51,216 bases of DNA. Source: a virus (taxonomy: Duplodnaviria; Caudoviricetes). Of the stretch, positions 45,884 through 51,216 are shown piece by piece; positions within the stretch are counted from its first letter, which is position 1, and the number at the start of each line of letters is the position of its first letter. The stretch lies in IMG/VR virus record IMGVR_UViG_3300046028_004317, positions 1 through 51,216 of that record. One strand, given 5' to 3'. The notes under the pieces are model-generated. The model did not search any database, had not been told where the DNA came from, and saw nothing but the letters and a program-made list of their open reading frames with translations. The position numbers were made by a program, and so were the translations under genes.

Positions 45884-47892
45884 CAGAGATACTTGGCGAT
45901 TGGTCTCCATCTAACCAACCGCAAATTGATCCGCCAGAGATACAGCTGGCGAATGCCATGCGATCTGCTGGGCTCGAGCCGCCTACAGATATCAGGTTAG
46001 ACGGCAGGCTGCATCGGTTCGCGTCCGGCACAAAGGGTGGTAGCGGCCATGGCGATAAGTCGGGTTGGTATGTATGTTTTGGTGACGGCATACCTGCAGG
46101 TAGGTTCGGTGACTGGCGATCAAGTGTTGAGATGCCGTTTCGCGCCGACATAGGACGGGAGATCTCTTCTTGGGAGGAAATGTCGCACACTCGCAGGCTC
46201 TCAGAGGCCCGCGCACTGCGGGATGCAGAGACAGAGAAGAAGCATGAAGTCGCTGCAAATGTCGTTGAGACAATTTGGGCTGGCTGCACTCAGGCCACAA
46301 TCGATCATCCATACCTGAAGCGCAAGGGCATCGTGCCGCATGGTGCGCGGGTGACGGGGGATGGCCGACTTGTTCTGCCGCTGTATGACGAGCACTCGAT
46401 CCTATGCTCCCTGCAGTACATCTCCGCAGATGGCGAAAAGCTATATCACGTTGGCGGATCTACAAGCGGAAAGTTCTGGATGGTAGATAAGTTCGATGAG
46501 CCCGGTACACTGTACATCGCCGAGGGGTTCGCTACCGCAGCAACAATAGCCGAGCAAACTGGTCGCCCATGTGTGGCGGCATACTCAGCATCCAATCTGG
46601 TTAAGGTCGCCGGAATCATGCGAGATATGTATGGGATAACTCAGGACATTGTTATCGTTGCAGATAATGATGAGTCCGGCGTTGGGCAGTCCCAAGCCGA
46701 CCAAGCCTCTTTACTCTATAAGACGCGCACGATCACCCCTCCCGAGAGAGGGGATGCCAATGATTATGTGGCAGCGGGAAGAGATCTGTCAATCCTGCTC
46801 ATGCCACCAAAACTCGACTGGCTCGTGCAGGCAGATGAGTTCTGCTCCAAGCCAGAGCCGATTACTTGGTTAGTCAAGAAGTGGATTCAGGCCGAGGCCC
46901 TGATCATGGTTCATGGCCCGTCAGCTGGCGGCAAGACGTTCGTGGTTCTGGATTGGATTCTCAGGATGGCGGCAGATATTCCTGATTGGTGCGGGGAGCA
47001 GCACAAGATCAAGCCGGGTGCACATGTGGTGTATCTGGCGGGTGAGGGTCACAAGGGCATCAAGTCTCGTGTGGCCGGGTGGAAGCATTACCATCGTATA
47101 CCGCGTCTCAGGATGCACATCTCCCGTGATGGCTGTGATCTGAATACGAGAGAGGGCCTGCAGCGTGTAGTAGATAACATCAACAGCCTTGAGCATAAGC
47201 CTGCAATCATTGTAGTAGATACCCTGCATAGGTTCCTGCTCGGGGATGAGAACTCCTCGGTTGATACCAAGGGCATGCTGGATGCCTGCGCGATCCTGAT
47301 GCGGAAGTACAGTTGTACCGTACTGTTGGTACATCATACTGGTGTGTCGGAAGAGTCACAGCACCGGGCACGGGGCAGTAGCGCGTGGCGCGGGGCGCTG
47401 GACATTGAGATCAGTATCGTCCCAAGCAAGCAGCGTGGTGGCCCCATCGAGATCGTGCAGCGCAAGAGCAAGGACAGTGAGCTTACCGACTCGGTCTGGG
47501 TGGAGCTCGAGCGGTTCGCGGTTCCGGGCTGGGATAACGAGGACGGTGAGCCATCGATGGCGGCAGCTGTGATTCATGTCGATGCCCCCCCAGAGGCCAA
47601 GAAAGATTCCAAGTTGGATGTCTTCAAGAAGACAATTACCGATGCATTTTGGAGCTCGGGCGCGGAGGTTCGGGATGGCAAACCGTACATCAGTCGGTCG
47701 GGGTTGGTGGAGAAATTGACGGCGGACGGGGTGTCGGACACCCTCATCGCACGGAAATTGAGGCCGGGGAGCTCGGATCAGCTGATCGGGGCACTCAGAG
47801 CCGATGGCTCCATCATAGATCAGGAGAATGGGTGGGTGGTTGCCGAGGCAGGTTGGTGTATGCAGTTGATTTTATTGAAGAACAGCAGGTAG
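45871..47892 (+). CDS. Primase-helicase (Toprim plus AAA_25/RepA-like)
   Basis: HPYLKRKG, IAEGFATA, VADND, GDAND; HGPSAGGKT, VVDTL, LVHHTG, ARGSSA. Confidence 0.9.
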   Translation: MADLTEILGDWSPSNQPQIDPPEIQLANAMRSAGLEPPTDIRLDGRLHRFASGTKGGSGHGDKSGWYVCFGDGIPAGRFGDWRSSVEMPFRADIGREISSWEEMSHTRRLSEARALRDAETEKKHEVAANVVETIWAGCTQATIDHPYLKRKGIVPHGARVTGDGRLVLPLYDEHSILCSLQYISADGEKLYHVGGSTSGKFWMVDKFDEPGTLYIAEGFATAATIAEQTGRPCVAAYSASNLVKVAGIMRDMYGITQDIVIVADNDESGVGQSQADQASLLYKTRTITPPERGDANDYVAAGRDLSILLMPPKLDWLVQADEFCSKPEPITWLVKKWIQAEALIMVHGPSAGGKTFVVLDWILRMAADIPDWCGEQHKIKPGAHVVYLAGEGHKGIKSRVAGWKHYHRIPRLRMHISRDGCDLNTREGLQRVVDNINSLEHKPAIIVVDTLHRFLLGDENSSVDTKGMLDACAILMRKYSCTVLLVHHTGVSEESQHRARGSSAWRGALDIEISIVPSKQRGGPIEIVQRKSKDSELTDSVWVELERFAVPGWDNEDGEPSMAAAVIHVDAPPEAKKDSKLDVFKKTITDAFWSSGAEVRDGKPYISRSGLVEKLTADGVSDTLIARKLRPGSSDQLIGALRADGSIIDQENGWVVAEAGWCMQLILLKNSR

Positions 47893-48012
47893 CGTACCGG
47901 CGTACCGTACCGTACCGTGGCGTACTGGTACGTTTTATGACAAAAACGAGAATAGTGTACCGTACCGTACCCCCCTCTTTAGAGGGGGTACGTTGGTACG
48001 CTCGATGTACGG
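47893..48012. repeat. CGTAC/GTACG iteron cluster with palindrome; candidate replication origin
   Basis: About 11 GTAC cores in 120 bp; cgtacccccctct-tt-agagggggtacg at ~47966-47992; directly after the primase stop. Confidence 0.6.
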
Positions 48013-48036
48013 AAGATTGGGACAGTAAAATAAATG

Positions 48037-48064
48037 TTGACATATATTATGAACAGCGTAATAT
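48037..48064 (+). promoter_or_regulatory. Sigma70-like early promoter
   Basis: TTGACA-16 bp-TAATAT with an A-rich upstream element (aaaataaat). Confidence 0.6.
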
Positions 48065-48112
48065 ATTACACATCGAGGCCGCTTCGGCTGAGAGCAAAAA
48101 CTGGAGATGCAA

Positions 48113-48406
48113 ATGAACACAATCGATACCTTGATCGCACGAGTAGAAGAGTACAGGGCTACCAACAAATCCCCATGCAAGAATTACAAGACTCAGGCTG
48201 CCGCAGAAAAGGCTACTTCTAAAATGGCCCAAATGGCAGCAAACCATTTCGACAGAACTAAACGTGAAGCAGAATATGTAGTCGTATTCAACGCAGCGTG
48301 GGGTAGATGGATCGGAGCGGTGAACATGAACGAACTTGTAAATAGAAAAACATCAGTTGGTGGTTATGTCGGAATATGCAGTCAGTTTGGATTCTACTCA
48401 TACTAA
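48113..48406 (+). CDS. Early hypothetical protein
   Basis: ggag RBS; first ORF after the promoter. Confidence 0.7.
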   Translation: MNTIDTLIARVEEYRATNKSPCKNYKTQAAAEKATSKMAQMAANHFDRTKREAEYVVVFNAAWGRWIGAVNMNELVNRKTSVGGYVGICSQFGFYSY

Positions 48407-48412
48407 CAACCC

Positions 48413-48430
48413 TCCTCCCTTCGGGGAGGA
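48413..48430 (+). terminator. Stable C(UUCG)G hairpin
   Basis: TCCTCCC-TTCG-GGGAGGA; weak U-tract. Confidence 0.55.
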
Positions 48431-48447
48431 TTCTCTGGAGATAACAA

Positions 48448-48648
48448 ATGAATAACTTCGAAGTTTACGAAATTGCAAATACTTGCACCAATGACTTCTC
48501 ATTAGATAAGCAGATTGAATTGGGCATCAACGATTGGATTGCAGAAATGCCTAATGGTCGAGTAGCTTTCGGGTGTACCAAGGATGAAGCGGTTAATAAC
48601 CTACTTGGTTTCTGTGATGAGGTAGTAGAAAATTTCTTTGTATATTAA
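48448..48648 (+). CDS. Early hypothetical protein
   Basis: ggag RBS; WIAEMPNGRVAFGCTKDEAV. Confidence 0.65.
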   Translation: MNNFEVYEIANTCTNDFSLDKQIELGINDWIAEMPNGRVAFGCTKDEAVNNLLGFCDEVVENFFVY

Positions 48649-48667
48649 TTTTTACTGGAGATACAAA

Positions 48668-48844
48668 ATGAAATCATACGACTCGTTTATGCCAACAGAC
48701 TTTCAGATAGGTGCGGCTTCCCTTCGGATACTCAATGAAGGGAACTGGATGCACAAAGAGCACTTCAATGAGATGGTCGATCAGTGGATCGAAGAAACCA
48801 ACGAATGCAACTACCAGCAGTATCTTGATGAGGTGGCAGCATGA
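48668..48844 (+). CDS. Early hypothetical protein
   Basis: ggag RBS before MKSYDS. Confidence 0.6.
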   Translation: MKSYDSFMPTDFQIGAASLRILNEGNWMHKEHFNEMVDQWIEETNECNYQQYLDEVAA

Positions 48845-48966
48845 GAAGGCGCTATGACGATATGCCGCCAGCAAGCAAACCATTTTCTGCAGCACCTTGG
48901 CTCGTTGTACTTTGTATCGTACTCGCACTAGCACTCGTATCATCAATTGATAATAATTGTATCTAA
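48841..48966 (+). CDS. Small single-TM protein, 41 aa
   Basis: Read manually: MRRRYDD...PWLVVLCIVLALALVSS; gaggtg RBS. Confidence 0.55.
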   Translation: MRRRYDDMPPASKPFSAAPWLVVLCIVLALALVSSIDNNCI

Positions 48967-48986
48967 CCTAAACTTTGGAGATTAAA

Positions 48987-49280
48987 ATGAAGAGCATATA
49001 TTATGTAGTGGCGGCACTATCACTGGCATCACTGGCGGCATGCAGCTCACCCCCCAACATCCGGCATGCAAATATGCCAGAAGCCTCACGGCAGACCCTA
49101 GTACTCGAGGAGACAATCAGGCCCATGTCACGCAATGAAGTCATTCAGGCAATCACAGACTGTCACGACAATGGATTCCGTGCAGTGACCTTCTATGCAA
49201 AGCGCCTAGTCTCGAACCAGATGTCCGATGTGGTGATAGATGTAAACTGCGCCCCACGCGCTAGAAATAACCCATCGTGA
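48987..49280 (+). CDS. Lipoprotein
   Basis: MKSIYYVVAALSLASLAA-C-SS lipobox; MSRNEVIQAITDC...DVNCAP. Confidence 0.75.
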   Translation: MKSIYYVVAALSLASLAACSSPPNIRHANMPEASRQTLVLEETIRPMSRNEVIQAITDCHDNGFRAVTFYAKRLVSNQMSDVVIDVNCAPRARNNPS

Positions 49281-49390
49281 ACGACAAAGTTAAGTTCTAC
49301 CTGAAGCATGCAGTCCTGATTGATATCATCGTATCGTTCTCATTCGGGGCTGCTGGTTACCTTGCAATCAAACTATTCTTGGAGAAGTAA
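49277..49390 (+). CDS. Small membrane protein, 37 aa
   Basis: Read manually; GTGA overlap; one hydrophobic segment. Confidence 0.4.
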   Translation: MNDKVKFYLKHAVLIDIIVSFSFGAAGYLAIKLFLEK

Positions 49391-49391
49391 C

Positions 49392-49574
49392 ATGAGTATC
49401 AATGATTCATATCAAGTGGCAGTAGCCCGTACAGTCCTGTCGTACTCCCGCGCCAATAAGGAAACACAAGAGCAGCTGCTGGATAGCTACAAACATATCA
49501 TCGATGAGTTCGAGGAGAATGAGCGCAAACTCAATTCAACCAATGATCATGAGCAGCACGATGCAAACCCCTGA
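49392..49574 (+). CDS. Hypothetical protein
   Basis: ggag RBS before MSINDSY. Confidence 0.55.
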   Translation: MSINDSYQVAVARTVLSYSRANKETQEQLLDSYKHIIDEFEENERKLNSTNDHEQHDANP

Positions 49575-49758
49575 AGCAGTTAAGGCGATTAGACTGGCGG
49601 CTGGCCTTACTCAAGTAGAGCTGGGTCTGTTAACCAAGATATGCCCGCTTACTATCCATGAGGCCGAGACTGGTGAGCGCATGATGGGTGGCTATGACTG
49701 GATACTAATGCGCTTTGCGTGTAATCAGAGGATAGATAAGTTCAAGGCGGAGTCATGA
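49561..49758 (+). CDS. XRE-family HTH protein
   Basis: TPEAVKAIRLAAGLTQVELG...TIHEAETGERMM. Confidence 0.75.
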   Translation: MQTPEAVKAIRLAAGLTQVELGLLTKICPLTIHEAETGERMMGGYDWILMRFACNQRIDKFKAES

Positions 49759-49997
49759 GTGCCAAAGAAGAAGACGAACTAAGAAATCTGCGAGATTTGG
49801 AGATGGCTTTAAGACTCAACAACATATTAATGTCTGGGTATTCAAGACCTCTAAATGTAGTTTTTACATTGCTCTCAATGGAACAGAGAAGATACGAGAT
49901 TGAAGATGCGGACATTATTCGCCGTTATCTTGAACACAACAAAAAAATGATTGGTGGAGAAGGGTGCTGTAGTTTGCTTCTTACCCCACTCGATTAA
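49755..49997 (+). CDS. Hypothetical protein
   Basis: ATGA overlap; ggag RBS. Confidence 0.5.
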   Translation: MSAKEEDELRNLRDLEMALRLNNILMSGYSRPLNVVFTLLSMEQRRYEIEDADIIRRYLEHNKKMIGGEGCCSLLLTPLD

Positions 49998-50007
49998 AGG
50001 AGAACAC

Positions 50008-50361
50008 ATGAGTGACAATGACACAACACAACATACCACGTTCACCTCAATTGACTACACCCCGGTATATGCCGGACATTGGAGTCTTGGTGGCAAGAAC
50101 GGCATGAGAATATGCTTGGCAAAACGCCCAAATTGGTTTCACCAAAAGATGACCTACATTTTCATTGGATGGAAGTGGACTGACACTAAGGAGAACACAG
50201 AAGAGTTCGATACTTGGTGCAAAGAATCTGATGACGGTAATGCTGCTGATTACATCGATTGCAAAACTCATCCAGATGCACCGCACTCGTTTCTCAGGAA
50301 CTCATCGCACAATGCTGGTAGATATGTATGCCAGTGTGAACATTGGGAGGGATCAGAATGA
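50008..50361 (+). CDS. Hypothetical two-module protein
   Basis: aaggagaacacATG start; KRPNWFHQ..GWKW module plus CKTHPDAPH...RYVCQCE module. Confidence 0.65.
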   Translation: MSDNDTTQHTTFTSIDYTPVYAGHWSLGGKNGMRICLAKRPNWFHQKMTYIFIGWKWTDTKENTEEFDTWCKESDDGNAADYIDCKTHPDAPHSFLRNSSHNAGRYVCQCEHWEGSE

Positions 50362-50504
50362 CAAAGAGAGAAGAACTGGTGAAGAAGCTTGATGATGCTA
50401 GGGATGCTTGGAATGTTAATACTCATTCTGCTGCTGATGCAGTTTGGTGCGCTTTGGATGCTGCGTGGAGGGCTTTGAAGAATTACGATAAGGAGAACAC
50501 ATGA
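50358..50504 (+). CDS. REELVK-family small Ala/Asp-rich protein (paralogue 1)
   Basis: Read manually: MTKREELVKKLDDARDAW...ALKNYDKENT*. Confidence 0.7.
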   Translation: MTKREELVKKLDDARDAWNVNTHSAADAVWCALDAAWRALKNYDKENT

Positions 50505-50698
50505 CTGACTACTACAAGAACATGTTAGAAGATGCCATTCGCTCGCTTGTTGCGATTGATGAGGCACTGGGAATCGGTGATGACGGATGCAGCGATACCG
50601 AAAACACGTTATATGCAATAGCAGAATTGAAAGCGGCGGCAGCACGAGGCGAGGCATTAGCTCTTTCAGTTATGTCTGACAATGTTGGGGGAGGATAA
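50501..50698 (+). CDS. Hypothetical protein
   Basis: aaggagaacacATG start. Confidence 0.6.
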   Translation: MTDYYKNMLEDAIRSLVAIDEALGIGDDGCSDTENTLYAIAELKAAAARGEALALSVMSDNVGGG

Positions 50699-50704
50699 GA
50701 ACAC

Positions 50705-50848
50705 ATGAGTACAAGAGAAGAACTAGAGAAGGCGGTTGAGGATGCTGCGTCTTCTTTTTATGCTGCTGATGATAATAGGGAGGATGCTAGTGATGCTTAT
50801 GATGCTGCTCATGCCGCTTTAGTGGCTTACGACAAGGAGAACAAATAA
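50705..50848 (+). CDS. REELVK-family paralogue 2
   Basis: Read manually: MSTREELEKAVEDAA...AALVAYDKENK*. Confidence 0.7.
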   Translation: MSTREELEKAVEDAASSFYAADDNREDASDAYDAAHAALVAYDKENK

Positions 50849-51033
50849 TGATAACGAGAGAAGATCTGGTGAAGAAACTTGATGAGGCGAAAACTGCTTC
50901 GATTGCTGCTAGGAAAGTTTTTAATGCTATTGAGAATGCTAATGACATTGCTCGTGCATATGATGCTGAGGCTTACCGTATTTGGCTCATTGCCAAGGGT
51001 GCTTTGCAGGTTTACGACAAGGAGAACACATGA
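50848..51033 (+). CDS. REELVK-family paralogue 3
   Basis: MITREDLVKKLDEAK...ALQVYDKENT*. Confidence 0.7.
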   Translation: MITREDLVKKLDEAKTASIAARKVFNAIENANDIARAYDAEAYRIWLIAKGALQVYDKENT

Positions 51034-51173
51034 GTGAGACAAGAGAAGAACTGGTGAAGGCGATGAAGGCTGCTAGCGATGCTTGGTATGCCGCTGATGA
51101 TGCTAGGGATGCTGCGGAGGTTGAATACAATAATGCTAAGGCTGCTTTGGAGGACTACGAGGAGAGCACATGA
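51030..51173 (+). CDS. REELVK-family paralogue 4
   Basis: MSETREELVKAMKAA...AALEDYEEST*. Confidence 0.7.
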   Translation: MSETREELVKAMKAASDAWYAADDARDAAEVEYNNAKAALEDYEEST

Positions 51174-51216
51174 GTGATAGCAGGGACGAACTAGCAGCAA
51201 TGGCAATGATGGCATT
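51091..51216. repeat. Terminal direct repeat, right copy
   Basis: Identical to 4-129. Confidence 0.95.

Noticed and set aside
47649-48247. Several overlapping ORFs across the origin/promoter region
   Set aside because: Low-complexity translations of the GTAC repeats; the region is better explained as non-coding
1-51216. Stop-codon reassignment
   Set aside because: The standard code gives dense, full-length genes, and TAG, TGA and TAA all terminate credible ORFs

Overview
This window looks like a complete, circularly permuted genome (~51.09 kb unique) of a tailed dsDNA phage, probably podovirus-like. Bases 4-129 are repeated exactly at 51091-51216. An Rz/Rz1 spanin pair points to a Gram-negative host, and I saw no integrase, DNA polymerase or tRNA. 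Gene order on the + strand: TerS, TerL, portal, GroES-like protein, scaffold, major capsid, accessory/fibre proteins, adaptor, a 17-aa-repeat fibre with an S74 chaperone, a GT-A glycosyltransferase and tail tube proteins. These are followed by an acyl carrier protein, a beta-ketoacyl synthase and an unknown (possibly GNAT-like) ORF, then ejection proteins, a 1791-aa polyvalent protein and the lysis cassette. A - strand block encodes Sak4-like ATPase, SSB, Cas4-like nuclease, SF2 helicase, VRR-NUC and SleB hydrolase. It is followed on the + strand by an HTH gene, a primase-helicase, an origin-like repeat and many small early genes. Two candidate systems stand out. (1) An ACP/ketosynthase cassette sits inside the virion operon directly before the ejection proteins, suggesting lipidation of virion proteins. 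(2) A recurrent [Y/F/M]-A-x-G-G motif (12 strict copies in 5 late ORFs) lies at domain boundaries of internal or injected proteins, suggesting a polyprotein-processing or packaging tag. All functional calls come from motif recognition and gene order by eye; no searches were run.
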